Assembly: GCA_963728915.1 (NCBI GenBank)
Contig: CAVSLV010000001.1
Span: 960,001-1,024,000, forward strand
Reading direction: 5' to 3'
Length of the DNA stretch: 64,000 bases
Origin: an uncultured Gemmatimonadales bacterium
GTDB taxonomy: Bacteria; Gemmatimonadota; Gemmatimonadetes; Gemmatimonadales; GWC2-71-9
Both the position numbers and the translations under genes were made by a program. Below, in pieces: positions 48,772-58,791 of the stretch. Below the pieces are notes generated by a model, which saw only the letters and a list, made by a program, of their open reading frames with translations, did not search any database and had not been told where the DNA came from. Position 1 is the first letter of the stretch. Each line of letters opens with the position of its first letter.

Positions 48772-49722
48772 CTATCCGTTCTGGTCCTCGGCGTAGGCCC
48801 GAATGATGGCGCGAACCAGGCGGTGACGGATCACGTCCGCCTCGCCCAGATAACAAAAGGAAATCCCTTCGATGCCCGGCAGGATCCGCTCGATCTGAAT
48901 CAGCCCGGACTCCTCGCGCTTGGGAAGATCGATCTGGGTCTTGTCCCCCGTGACCACCACTTTGCTGTTCACCCCGATCCGGGTCAGAAACATCTTCATC
49001 TGGAGCCCGGTGGCGTTTTGCGCTTCGTCGAGGATGATGAAGGCGTCGGATAAGGTGCGGCCTCGCATATACGCCAGCGGAGCGATCTCAATGGTGCGCT
49101 GTTCCAGCGCCTTTTGCACCCGCTCCGGCGGCATCATGTCCTCCAGCGCATCATAGAGCGGGCGAAGATAGGGATCCACCTTGGCCTGGAGGTCGCCGGG
49201 AAGAAATCCCAGCGACTCCCCCGCCTCGACCGCCGGCCGCGCAAGAATGATTCGGCGCACCCGCTTCCGGGCCATCGTCTCCACCGCCTTGGCCACGGCC
49301 AGATAGGTTTTGCCGGTCCCCGCGGGGCCGATACTGACGACGATGTCATGCGCCGCGATGGCCTGGACGTAGTCGCGTTGTCCCGCCGTCTTGGGGGCGA
49401 TGGCACGGCGAAGCCCGGGGAGAACGATTTTTCCTTCCCCGCCGGGCGCGACCGTCTCGGGAACCCCATCCTCGGCCAGGCGCCGCACGTCCTCCGCGGT
49501 GACCTCTTCTCCCATGCGCGCCAGATCGAGCAGCGCCTGGGAGACGGCGGCGGCGTGCTCCACCTGCTCGGCGGTGCCGTTGAGCGTGAGGGTATCTCCC
49601 CGCAGGGACACCCGCGCGCCGGTGATCCGCTCGAGCTCGGTGAGATTGGCGTCGTTGACACCGCTCAGGAGGAGCGGGTCCGCTCCCTCCACGTTCAGCC
49701 GGTGGGCCCGCTCGTCAGCCAT
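48772..49722 (-). CDS. phoH: PhoH family protein
   Basis: GPAGTGKTYLA, RPAVEAGESLGFLPGD, LAYMRGRT, DEAQN. Confidence 0.95.
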   Translation of the reverse strand: MADERAHRLNVEGADPLLLSGVNDANLTELERITGARVSLRGDTLTLNGTAEQVEHAAAVSQALLDLARMGEEVTAEDVRRLAEDGVPETVAPGGEGKIVLPGLRRAIAPKTAGQRDYVQAIAAHDIVVSIGPAGTGKTYLAVAKAVETMARKRVRRIILARPAVEAGESLGFLPGDLQAKVDPYLRPLYDALEDMMPPERVQKALEQRTIEIAPLAYMRGRTLSDAFIILDEAQNATGLQMKMFLTRIGVNSKVVVTGDKTQIDLPKREESGLIQIERILPGIEGISFCYLGEADVIRHRLVRAIIRAYAEDQNG

Positions 49723-49728
49723 GATGAA

Positions 49729-51489
49729 TCATTCCCGTCGCTTCAGATGGAGCGTCGCCAGGTCGGCATCCGCCACCGGCGTGGGCGCGCCTTCGTACAT
49801 GGCCCGCGCCGTGGTCGTCTTGGGAAACGCGATGACATCGCGCAGGGAGCCGGCGCCAGCCAGGAGCATCACGGTACGATCGAACCCGATCGCAAACCCC
49901 CCGTGCGGCGGAGACCCTGAAGCCAACGCATCGAGCAGAAAGCCGAACCGGCGCTCGATCTCCTGCGTCTCCATCCGCAACAGCCGGAAGACGGTCTGCT
50001 GGAGCACCGGATCAATGATGCGAATCGAGCCGCTTCCCAGCTCGGTCCCATTGTAGACCGCATCGTAGTGAAGGGCCCGGCATCGCCCGGGATCGCTCTC
50101 CAAAAAGGGAAGATCGTCGGGATGCGGAGCCGTGAAGGGATGGTGCGCAAAGGTGAATTCGCCCGTCTCCGGATCCGGCTCGAACAAGGGGAAATCGACG
50201 ACCCAGAGGAACGCATGGGCCTGGCTTGGAGCCGGCGCCAGGCGCTCGATCAGACGATTGCGCAACCCTCCGAGCGCGGGGGAAGTCACCCGATCGGGCC
50301 CCGGCACGGCGAGCAGAAGGTCCCCTTCCGTGGCGCTGAGCGACTCGAGGGCTTCCGCCCCGAGCGCCTTGACTCCAGCGCCCTCCCAGGAGGCCCCGGA
50401 GCGCTTGGCCCAGATCAGGGTGGTCCCCTGGTCTTTGACCTTCCCTGTCATGGCATCCAGATCCTTGCGGCCCAGGGCGGCCCCGCCCGGTGCGAGAATG
50501 GCCCGGAGGCGGCCACCCGCGATCGCGGACTGAAGCCATGGCGCGGCGCCGGGCCCGACCAGGCTGGTCCGATCGGCGATCTCGAAGCCGAAGCGGAGGT
50601 CCGGTTTGTCGCTTCCGAACCGCTCCATCGCCTCGCCCCAGGTCATCCGCCGGAAGGGTCGCTTCACCGAGTGTCCGGCCTCCTCCCAGAGCGCGACCAG
50701 GACCGACTCGACCGCTTGAAGAACATCCTCCTGGGAGACGAAAGAGGCCTCGATATCGATCTGGGTGAATTCCGGTTGCCGGTCGGCCCGCAGATCCTCG
50801 TCCCGGAAGCACCGGGCGACCTGGAAGTACCGGTCGAATCCCGCGATCATGAACAATTGCTTGTAGATCTGGGGCGATTGGGGAAGGGCGTAGAACTCGC
50901 CCGGATGGATCCGGGAAGGCACCAGGTAGTCCCGGGCCCCTTCCGGGGTGGGCTTGGTGAGAATCGGCGTCTCGAGCTCCAGGAATCCCTGCTCGCTCAA
51001 GGTTCGTCGCGCGCGCTGCAGCAGGCGGTGCCGCAGCACGAGGTTCGCCTGCAGCTCGGGGCGTCGCAGGTCGAGAATGCGGTGCTTGAGTCGCAGCTCT
51101 TCGGCGGGTAGCTCCTCGTTCTCCTTCCGGGCGACCGGGATCGCCGGGGTCGTGGCCGCGCTCACCAGGTTCAGGTCGGTGACCCGGATTTCGACCTCCC
51201 GGGACACCATCGCCGGATTGCTGGCGGGCTGGGGACGGAGGGCCACCGTCCCGGTCACCAGCACGACCGACTCTAACCCGCAGGACGCCGCGCGCTTGAG
51301 GACCGGCGGAGGGGTATGGGCCGGGTCGCACGACAGCTGCACCAGACCGAAACGGTCCCGCAGATCGAGAAAAACCAGGCCGCCGAGGTCCCGATTCCGG
51401 TGGATCCACCCCCCGACCCGGACGACCTGCCCGACCTCGGCCCGGGTGAGTAACCCGGCAGCGTGGGAGCGCAGCGACGTGGCATGCAT
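49729..51489 (-). CDS. aspS: aspartate--tRNA ligase
   Basis: RDLGGLVFLDLRD, TPEGARDYLVP, LPQSPQ, RCFRDEDLRADRQPEFTQ, PPHGG. Confidence 0.97.
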   Translation of the reverse strand: MHATSLRSHAAGLLTRAEVGQVVRVGGWIHRNRDLGGLVFLDLRDRFGLVQLSCDPAHTPPPVLKRAASCGLESVVLVTGTVALRPQPASNPAMVSREVEIRVTDLNLVSAATTPAIPVARKENEELPAEELRLKHRILDLRRPELQANLVLRHRLLQRARRTLSEQGFLELETPILTKPTPEGARDYLVPSRIHPGEFYALPQSPQIYKQLFMIAGFDRYFQVARCFRDEDLRADRQPEFTQIDIEASFVSQEDVLQAVESVLVALWEEAGHSVKRPFRRMTWGEAMERFGSDKPDLRFGFEIADRTSLVGPGAAPWLQSAIAGGRLRAILAPGGAALGRKDLDAMTGKVKDQGTTLIWAKRSGASWEGAGVKALGAEALESLSATEGDLLLAVPGPDRVTSPALGGLRNRLIERLAPAPSQAHAFLWVVDFPLFEPDPETGEFTFAHHPFTAPHPDDLPFLESDPGRCRALHYDAVYNGTELGSGSIRIIDPVLQQTVFRLLRMETQEIERRFGFLLDALASGSPPHGGFAIGFDRTVMLLAGAGSLRDVIAFPKTTTARAMYEGAPTPVADADLATLHLKRRE

Positions 51490-51556
51490 CGGGCAAACGT
51501 AACGAGCGCCTCCCGGGCGAATCAAGCAAACCGAAGTCGTTATTCTTCAGCTCTGC

Positions 51557-52603
51557 ATGTCCACCACCGTTTTCGATTTGTCCCCTGACGACGCGGCCGA
51601 GCTCCTCCGGGGTTGGACCCGGGAGCAGGGATTGCCCGGGTACCGCGCCGGACAGATTCATCGCCGGCTCTGGCAGACGCCCGTTTCCGACTGGACCCAG
51701 GCCACCGAGCTGCCAGGGGCGTTGCGGACCTCGCTTTCGGAGCACTTTCCGATCCCCCGACTCCGGGTCGGGACCTTGCAGCAATCGACCGACGGGACCC
51801 GGAAGTATCTCTGGCGTTTGGCCGACGAGGAGCCGATCGAGTCGGTTCTGATTCCGTCCGGCAAGCGCCGAACCCTCTGCATTTCGTCACAGGTGGGCTG
51901 CGCGCTCGGGTGCCGCTTCTGCGCTACCGGCCTGATGGGGTTCCGCCGGAACCTCACCGCCTTCGAGATTGCCGGGCAGGTTCGCGAAATCGTGCTGGCC
52001 GATCCCGCCGAGCGCCCCACCAATATCGTGTTCATGGGGATGGGTGAGCCGCTCCTGAACTGGAACGCGGTGGACACCGCCCTCACGATCCTCAATCATC
52101 CCGAGGGACTCGGGATCGGTGCCCGGCACATCACCATCTCCACCGTCGGGATCGTCCCGGGAATGGCCCAGCTCGCCAAGAGGCCGGAACAGTTCCGCCT
52201 GGCGATTTCCCTGCACGCCCCCGAACACGAGACCCGGCTTCGGCTCATGCCGATCCAGAAGAAGTACCCGCTGACCGAAGTACTCGAGGCGGCCCGCCCC
52301 TTCCGGCGAAGGCTGACGTTCGAATACGTGCTGATCGGGGGACAAAACGACGCCGATCGAGACGCCGATCGGTTGGCAAAACTGGCCCATGGACTCGATG
52401 CCCATGTGAATCTGCTGCCCTTGCATCCTGGCGGCGCTCCCGGGCTCACGCCCAGCTCCCCCGAACGGATTCGCGCGTTCGCGAGCCGGCTTCGGAATCA
52501 GGGGGTGGAGGCGGTGGTCCGAAGGAGCCGTGGCCTGGACATCGACGCCGCCTGCGGCCAGCTCTTCGTTGCCACGGAGAAAAAACGACCCGTCAGGTCC
52601 TGA
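51557..52603 (+). CDS. rlmN: 23S rRNA/tRNA C2-methyltransferase RlmN
   Basis: CISSQVGCALGCRFC, MGMGEP, ISLH, DIDAACGQL. Confidence 0.96.
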   Translation: MSTTVFDLSPDDAAELLRGWTREQGLPGYRAGQIHRRLWQTPVSDWTQATELPGALRTSLSEHFPIPRLRVGTLQQSTDGTRKYLWRLADEEPIESVLIPSGKRRTLCISSQVGCALGCRFCATGLMGFRRNLTAFEIAGQVREIVLADPAERPTNIVFMGMGEPLLNWNAVDTALTILNHPEGLGIGARHITISTVGIVPGMAQLAKRPEQFRLAISLHAPEHETRLRLMPIQKKYPLTEVLEAARPFRRRLTFEYVLIGGQNDADRDADRLAKLAHGLDAHVNLLPLHPGGAPGLTPSSPERIRAFASRLRNQGVEAVVRRSRGLDIDAACGQLFVATEKKRPVRS

Positions 52604-52608
52604 CCGCT

Positions 52609-53922
52609 TTGCTGCGGTTCGCGGTGCGAGTGTTCTTCCGCCGCCTGGAAACGGCGGGAATCGATCGGGTACCCCGCTCCGGCCCGCTGCTCCTCGTGCT
52701 CAACCACCCGAACTCGCTGATCGACCCGGTCTTCCTCTTCACGATGACCCCGAGGCCCGTTTCGGTGCTCGCGAAGGAGCCGCTCTTCCGCATGCCGGTC
52801 ATCGGACGACTGGTGCGCGCCATGGGATCGATCCCGGTGGAGCGCCGGCAGGATGCGGGCGCCGACCTCGCCAGGAATCGCGAGATGTTCGCTCGGGTCA
52901 GGAACCACCTGGCCCGCGGCGGAGCCATCGCGCTGTTTCCCGAGGGGACCAGCCACAGCGATCCGCGGCTCCGCCCGCTGCGAACCGGCGCGGCGCGGAT
53001 CGCCCTGGGCGTTCGGGCGGACTCGCCTCTCCAGATCCAGCCGGTGGGAATCTTCTATACCGCCAAGGAACGGTTCCGGAGCTCGGCCCTGGTCTATTTC
53101 GGGGAGCCCTTTTCGGTTGCTCCGATGCCGCTCGACCGTGATGGCGAGCCCCCTGGCCACAGCGTTCAAGCCCTCACCGACGCCATCGGCACCGCGCTGG
53201 CCCAGGTCACCCTCCAGGCCGACGAGCTGGAGGCGCACGAGCTGGTCGGGCGAACCGAACGAATCCTCGCCAGCGCGCGGAGGGTCAGTGACGACGTTGC
53301 ACGCCCCGACCTGGCCGAGGAATTCTCCTTCCGCCGTCGCCTGCTCCAGGGATATTCCGCCCTGCAGCGGCAAGACCCGGTCCGATTGGAAAGGCTTCGT
53401 CGCCGAATCCAGCGGTATGAAGAGCGGCTCGAGGGGGCCGGGATCGATCCGTGGGATGTTCCGGTCGGTCCCTTCCGGACCCGCCGCGGGGTGGGAAAAA
53501 TCAGCATGTTCCTGTTTCGGTTCCTGGTGCTTCTTCCGCTGGGATTCCCGGGGTTGCTGCTCCATGTCATTCCCTACCGGCTGGTCGGGGTGCTCTCAAG
53601 ACGGGCCGCGGGGTCCTACGGCGATGTGCTGGCCACCGCGAAGGTGATCGCCGCGGCCGTGGTGTTTCCGCTGTTCTGGGTCGGGAGCGCGGCATTGGTC
53701 TGGTGGCGGGCGGGGGCGCTGGGCGGCATCGCGACCGCTCTGCTCGCTCCGGTCAGCGGCTATGCGGCCTTGCGACTCCTCGAGACCGGGAATCGCGCGT
53801 TAGGAGCCGCCCGGGCGCTGACGCTGTGGCTGGGCGGCCGGCGCCGATTCGTTCGGCTTCAACAACGGCGGCAACAGCTGCGAGACGAGCTGGTTCGTCT
53901 GGCCGGTGAGCTCGGGGTCTGA
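52609..53922 (+). CDS. lysophospholipid/glycerol acyltransferase family membrane protein
   Basis: NHPNSLID (HxxxxD), FPEGTSH, C-terminal TMs. Confidence 0.88.
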   Translation: MLRFAVRVFFRRLETAGIDRVPRSGPLLLVLNHPNSLIDPVFLFTMTPRPVSVLAKEPLFRMPVIGRLVRAMGSIPVERRQDAGADLARNREMFARVRNHLARGGAIALFPEGTSHSDPRLRPLRTGAARIALGVRADSPLQIQPVGIFYTAKERFRSSALVYFGEPFSVAPMPLDRDGEPPGHSVQALTDAIGTALAQVTLQADELEAHELVGRTERILASARRVSDDVARPDLAEEFSFRRRLLQGYSALQRQDPVRLERLRRRIQRYEERLEGAGIDPWDVPVGPFRTRRGVGKISMFLFRFLVLLPLGFPGLLLHVIPYRLVGVLSRRAAGSYGDVLATAKVIAAAVVFPLFWVGSAALVWWRAGALGGIATALLAPVSGYAALRLLETGNRALGAARALTLWLGGRRRFVRLQQRRQQLRDELVRLAGELGV

Positions 53923-54351
53923 TCAGGGACTGGGGGCGCCCGGATAGTCCGGCCCCAGGAGCACCGTCACGTCGAGACGCAGCAGGGTATCGAGCGCCAC
54001 TCGAATCCGCTCGAGGCCGAGCGCCCGGGCGACCTGAAGGGCCGCCGTGGAGTCACCCCGACGGAGCAGCACCTCGGTCGCGGGCACGGAATCGTGAGCG
54101 GTGCCGAAGAACATCACGTCGAACCCCTGCTCCCGCAGCTTCCGGGTGACCACCCGGGCCAGGCCCTGCCGGCCCGATCCGTTGAGCACCTCGACCGTGA
54201 TCCCGTTCGGCACGGGGACCCGGATCTCACCGGCCCGGGCCGGCCCCTCTCGTGGACGAAGCAGGGCCCAGGCCAGGCCTCCCATCACCAGAAGGAGGAC
54301 GGCGAGGCCTAACGCGCGGACGAGCGGGCGAGACCGTTCCAGAAACGCCAT
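53923..54351 (-). CDS. LytR C-terminal domain protein
   Basis: N-terminal TM, VEVLNGSGRQGLA, DVTVLLG.D. Confidence 0.85.
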   Translation of the reverse strand: MAFLERSRPLVRALGLAVLLLVMGGLAWALLRPREGPARAGEIRVPVPNGITVEVLNGSGRQGLARVVTRKLREQGFDVMFFGTAHDSVPATEVLLRRGDSTAALQVARALGLERIRVALDTLLRLDVTVLLGPDYPGAPSP

Positions 54352-54887
54352 GTGGTGGAAGGAATGGACCAGCCGGTCTGGATCAGGTGGAGCACCCGGA
54401 GCTTGGCGACTTCGTGCAGCACGCCTCGAGGATCGCCGGGGAACCGTTCGGCCAGGGCGCGACGTCCCGGATTGGATTCCCGGCGCCCGGGCTCGAGAAA
54501 ATCGGCGCAATACAGGACCCGGCCGACCATGTCCCACTCCGCGAGCCCGACCGAATGATACCGGACCGCATCCAGCACCCCGCGGTCCAGCTCCCCTTCG
54601 GCCTTGGCCCGCGACGCGCTGGCGGGACCATGAAGGAGCTCAGGCGGTCCGGGGACCGAAGGCGCCAGCTCCCGCAGAAGCTCCTCGGGCGCATCACGCA
54701 ACGCATCGTGTAACCAGACCGCTTTGAGCCACCGATTCCGTTCCGACTCGGGAGCGCCCATCGTATTGCTCCAGCTCGCCACCAGCTCGGCTACCCGCTG
54801 AATATGGGCCAGACGTTCCGGACCCACCTGGGCCCACCGGGGAAGAGTAGGCCGAAGTTCGGCCGGCATCCGCGGAGTGCCACTCAT
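54309..54887 (-). CDS. HD-domain protein, YqeK-like (Ap4A hydrolase family)
   Basis: RLAHIQRV, WLHD, LLHGPA, AVRYHSVG, ADFLEPGR. Confidence 0.8.
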   Translation of the reverse strand: MSGTPRMPAELRPTLPRWAQVGPERLAHIQRVAELVASWSNTMGAPESERNRWLKAVWLHDALRDAPEELLRELAPSVPGPPELLHGPASASRAKAEGELDRGVLDAVRYHSVGLAEWDMVGRVLYCADFLEPGRRESNPGRRALAERFPGDPRGVLHEVAKLRVLHLIQTGWSIPSTTWRFWNGLARSSAR

Positions 54888-54906
54888 CCTTGGAAGGTAT
54901 CCCGGT

Positions 54907-55326
54907 CTAGAATCCCTGACGGGCGAGCTCTTCGAGCTCCCGCTGCCAGAAGGGACGGTCGGAGAGCCCCGGGTGCGGTACCCGGAGTCCGGGCTCCTCC
55001 AGCGAAACGTCACCGTACCGAACCAGATCGAGATCGAGGGTCCGGGACGCCCACCTGACCCGGCGCTCCCTGCCGGCCTCCGCTTCGATGGCCTGGCACG
55101 CCCGCAGGAGATCTCGCGGCGAAAGCGCCGTTTCGAGAACCACCATCTGGTTGAGATAGGGCGGCTGGGCGAGGCCACCGAGAGGCTCGGTCTGTTCGAT
55201 TGAGGAGGCGGCGAGCAGCCGGGTCCCGGGCAGCACCCCGAGACGCTCCCTGGCGAAGCTCAGGTGCTGTTCGCGATCGCCCAGGTTGCTGCCGATCGCG
55301 ACGAATGCCTGCGACGCCCGGATCAT
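54907..55326 (-). CDS. folK: 2-amino-4-hydroxy-6-hydroxymethyldihydropteridine diphosphokinase
   Basis: [31 protein letters not shown]. Confidence 0.94.
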   Translation of the reverse strand: MIRASQAFVAIGSNLGDREQHLSFARERLGVLPGTRLLAASSIEQTEPLGGLAQPPYLNQMVVLETALSPRDLLRACQAIEAEAGRERRVRWASRTLDLDLVRYGDVSLEEPGLRVPHPGLSDRPFWQRELEELARQGF

Positions 55327-57368
55327 TCGGCTCGGGCAAAGGACCGTGAAATCCGGGCGAGCTCGACGGCGACCCGCTCCAGCTCGGCGACCGAGCGGTC
55401 CAGATCGTGACTGCTCTGGGTAAGGGTGGCGCCTTCCCGAACCAGTTTGTCGCCCTGGGTCCCGGCCTGATCGGCGGCTTCCAGCATCATGCGGAGCCCG
55501 GTTTCGAGACGTCGCACCATCTGCTCCTGGGAAGCCGCCGACTCTGCAATGCTCCGGGCCTGGCGTCCTGAATCCTGTGAGGCCTCGACGACCACGTCGA
55601 GCGCCTGGGAAGCGGACGCTCCGAGTCGCTCCATCTCTTCGACCAGCTGACGACCGTTTTCCATCCGGGTGGCAAGGGTCGCCACGCCGCGGGCCATCTC
55701 CGCGGCGAGCCGTGACGCATCCCCGCCCGCCCCCGCGCTCTGAATCGCCAGCTGGCGAATCTCTTCCGCCACCACGACGAAGCCGCGACCCGATTCCCCG
55801 GCGCGCTGCGCTTCGATCGCCGCGTTGAGCGCGATGACATTGGTCAGCTCGGCGATTTCGGCGATGGAGGAGAGGAAGGTGCGGATCCGCGCGGCGGTGG
55901 CGCCGAGGGATTGGACCGCCCGGGTTCCGCTGGATACCACCTCTCGAAGCCCCGAGAGACGCTCCAGGGCTTCTCCGATTTCCTCCTGGTGGCGCGCCGA
56001 GGCGGCGGCGGCCCGTTCGCTGCTCCTGACGGCCCGGGTGCCGCTTTGCCCGCTCGAGTCGGACAGATGGAAGAGGTCGCTCGCGGCCTCAAGCCCGTCG
56101 TGAGCGGCCTCCCGTTCGTTGGAGGTTTCCCGGCAAAGAGCTTGCGCGGCGATCTCCAGGGAAGCGGCGATTGATCTCAGATTGGCGGCTGCCTTGGCCA
56201 GGCCCTGAATCTGAATCGCGACCTGGTCCACCAGCCCGGGCAGGGGCTGTCGGAGGTCACCAAGGTGGATCGCGACCGCCATCTGATCCCCAAGGCTCCG
56301 GATCAATCGAATGTCGCGGGACCCGAACGGAGCCCGAGGCGTCGCCGTCATTTCCATGGTGCCGAGGGAGTTTCCGCCTTGCCGCAACGGGAAGATGGTC
56401 ACCCGATGGATGGAGATCCGGGCGCCCAGCTCCATGGCGCGAAGGCGGGATTCACTGCGTCCTGACTCGTCGTCCGGGGTGGTCCGGGCCCAGCTGGAGC
56501 GGTAGGCGAGCCGGGCCCCATTTCCGTTCTCGGTTCGATAGACCCGAAAGTCGTCCCACTCGAGGAACCGTCGGGCAAGCCGCTCCACCCGGGCGTAAGC
56601 TTCGCCGATCGCGGTGGGGGCCATGCCCAGGCGGAGGGAATGGACCTCGCTCTGCAGCTCGCGCACAATCAGGTCCTGCAGGAGCAATCGCACCAGGATC
56701 CCGAACAGGCCGAGCAACAGGGCCGCGAAAATCCATCCCGCCAGATCGAAGCGGCTGAGGCTCCAGATGGCGAACCCTGCGCCTGCCAGGGTAAAGAGGA
56801 AGCCGATCACCTCCCAGCGAATCACGAAGCCACGATCGGCCGGCTCCATTTCCTGGTCCAGGATCGCAAGCCCGAGGCCCAGGACCAGCCGGATGGCGAG
56901 CCAGACCCCCGCGAAAATGGCGGCCGGGAGCACCAGGGCGAGGCTGGGCGATCCTCCGTCGATAGACCGGAGACCGGCAGCGAGGAAGCCATACCCGGTC
57001 GCGAAGGCGAGGAGCTCCCTGCCGGTTTCGACCAGGGCTCTCCGGAGACTCCGGCGCCGGATCAGGAATTCCGAAACCAGAATCCCGGGGAAGAGGCCCA
57101 GCACCGCCGCCGACGCAGGGAGCGTCAGGCCGGCGATCAGCACCACGATCCCGGCCTGGCTGAGGCTCCATCCTCGAAGGAGCGGCACGAAGAAGAACCG
57201 GAGCCCGACCGTTGCGACGAACACGGCGACCGCGGGGAGGAGATACCCCTTCCAGCGCGGATCCAGGAGAACCGCCAGGGCGGTCAGCAGGACGCCGGCG
57301 CCGGCGACGACGGACTCCAGCCATTGGGCCAGCTTCTCGCCCGGCCTCAGATCAGAGGAAATAGTCAC
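55323..57368 (-). CDS. methyl-accepting chemotaxis-like protein (multi-TM + GAF-like + MA domain)
   Basis: About 7 N-terminal TMs, GAF-like segment, [37 protein letters not shown]. Confidence 0.9.
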   Translation of the reverse strand: MTISSDLRPGEKLAQWLESVVAGAGVLLTALAVLLDPRWKGYLLPAVAVFVATVGLRFFFVPLLRGWSLSQAGIVVLIAGLTLPASAAVLGLFPGILVSEFLIRRRSLRRALVETGRELLAFATGYGFLAAGLRSIDGGSPSLALVLPAAIFAGVWLAIRLVLGLGLAILDQEMEPADRGFVIRWEVIGFLFTLAGAGFAIWSLSRFDLAGWIFAALLLGLFGILVRLLLQDLIVRELQSEVHSLRLGMAPTAIGEAYARVERLARRFLEWDDFRVYRTENGNGARLAYRSSWARTTPDDESGRSESRLRAMELGARISIHRVTIFPLRQGGNSLGTMEMTATPRAPFGSRDIRLIRSLGDQMAVAIHLGDLRQPLPGLVDQVAIQIQGLAKAAANLRSIAASLEIAAQALCRETSNEREAAHDGLEAASDLFHLSDSSGQSGTRAVRSSERAAAASARHQEEIGEALERLSGLREVVSSGTRAVQSLGATAARIRTFLSSIAEIAELTNVIALNAAIEAQRAGESGRGFVVVAEEIRQLAIQSAGAGGDASRLAAEMARGVATLATRMENGRQLVEEMERLGASASQALDVVVEASQDSGRQARSIAESAASQEQMVRRLETGLRMMLEAADQAGTQGDKLVREGATLTQSSHDLDRSVAELERVAVELARISRSFARAE

Positions 57369-58791
57369 CGACCGTGAGATTGTACCGCTCGGGGTTGGTC
57401 ACCTTGACGATCGAGCGAACATAGGATCCATCGGGACCTCGCTCGGTCAGGTCGGCGGACTGGCCCGGTGGGGTCAGCGTTCCTCCCCGCGCGTCCATGG
57501 CAATTCTGACCCTGGGTCGATTGAGCAGCTGTTGATCAGAGTTGGGCTGGGATACGATGGCGACCTCCAGCGTATCCAGGATGACGCAGGTCCCCACCGG
57601 ATAGACCCCGAGCAAATTGATCAGCGCCTTGACGATGCTCGGGTCGAAGCCTCGCTTCGGGTTGGTCCACATCTCCCGAAGAACCTGATCCGGTTCGATC
57701 GGCTCGGATTGGTAGGCCCGACGGGTGGTCGCGGCATCGTAGCCGTCGGCCACCGCGACGATCCGGGTGAAGACGCCGAGCGAGCGGGGACGGATCGAGC
57801 GGGGATAGCCCCCGAGATCGGTCTTCATGTGGTGCTCGTGGGCCACCAGAATGGCGTGATAGGGAATCTCGGCGTAGCCCCGCAACCCGAACAGCGTCAT
57901 CGCGCCGCGCCAGGGATGGGCCTGAATGAGTCGCCACTCGTCCTCGGTCAGATCCCGGCTCTTGTTCAGGACCTCGATGGGAATGCGTGCCTTGCCGACG
58001 TCGTGGAGCAGCGCCGTCATCCCGAGATCATAGAGCTGCAGCTTGGTCAATCCGATTTTCCGGCCCAGCGCCACCGCGAAGATGCACACATTCACCGAGT
58101 GGGTGAACGTGTATTCGTCGTAGTCGCGCAAGGCGGTGAGCCCCATGATGGACGTCTCGTTGGTCAGCACCTGGTCGACGATCATCTGCACCGCGCGCTT
58201 GATCCGCTTCACGCCGGCGGTGCGCCCCAGCCGGATACTGTTCACAACTTCCTTGGTGACCGCGACGCCATGCGAGTAGGTGCGCTTGGCGACTTCCCGG
58301 GCCTCCTCGGACGTCAGGCCATCGGCGGTCTCGGTCGCCGGTTCCACGTCGAGGTGGGGACAGCTCGCCTGGCCCAGCCGTTCCACCAGCGCGGTGTAAC
58401 GATCCTCGATCCTGGCCTCCGCCGAGAGGCTGAGCAGGATGCTCAACATGGCTTGCCATTCGCGCCGCTCCACATCCTGAAACACCCGGAAGACCCCGAT
58501 GTCGAAGTTGCGGAAGGTGGTGAGCAAGCCACTGAACGCCGCGAAGTTGTCGAGCTCCAGCCGGAGCCTCGTCCCGTTGATGAAGAGAAAATCCCCCGCC
58601 AGCCGCAGCTCGAGCTCGGCGTCGCGCTCGAGGAGGTGGGCGGAGGCGCTCTGAAGCTCGTCCAGGGCTCGCTGCACCGCGGTGTTCTCGACCGGATAGA
58701 GCTTGAGAGCCCGGAAGGCGGCATAAAAGGTCAGGAGGAATGCGCGGCCGGAGTGACGGAAGAAGGCTTCGTCGCGAGGAACCTCGCTCAT
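57352..58791 (-). CDS. HD-GYP domain cyclic-dinucleotide phosphodiesterase
   Basis: [47 protein letters not shown]. Confidence 0.9.
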   Translation of the reverse strand: MSEVPRDEAFFRHSGRAFLLTFYAAFRALKLYPVENTAVQRALDELQSASAHLLERDAELELRLAGDFLFINGTRLRLELDNFAAFSGLLTTFRNFDIGVFRVFQDVERREWQAMLSILLSLSAEARIEDRYTALVERLGQASCPHLDVEPATETADGLTSEEAREVAKRTYSHGVAVTKEVVNSIRLGRTAGVKRIKRAVQMIVDQVLTNETSIMGLTALRDYDEYTFTHSVNVCIFAVALGRKIGLTKLQLYDLGMTALLHDVGKARIPIEVLNKSRDLTEDEWRLIQAHPWRGAMTLFGLRGYAEIPYHAILVAHEHHMKTDLGGYPRSIRPRSLGVFTRIVAVADGYDAATTRRAYQSEPIEPDQVLREMWTNPKRGFDPSIVKALINLLGVYPVGTCVILDTLEVAIVSQPNSDQQLLNRPRVRIAMDARGGTLTPPGQSADLTERGPDGSYVRSIVKVTNPERYNLTVGDYFL

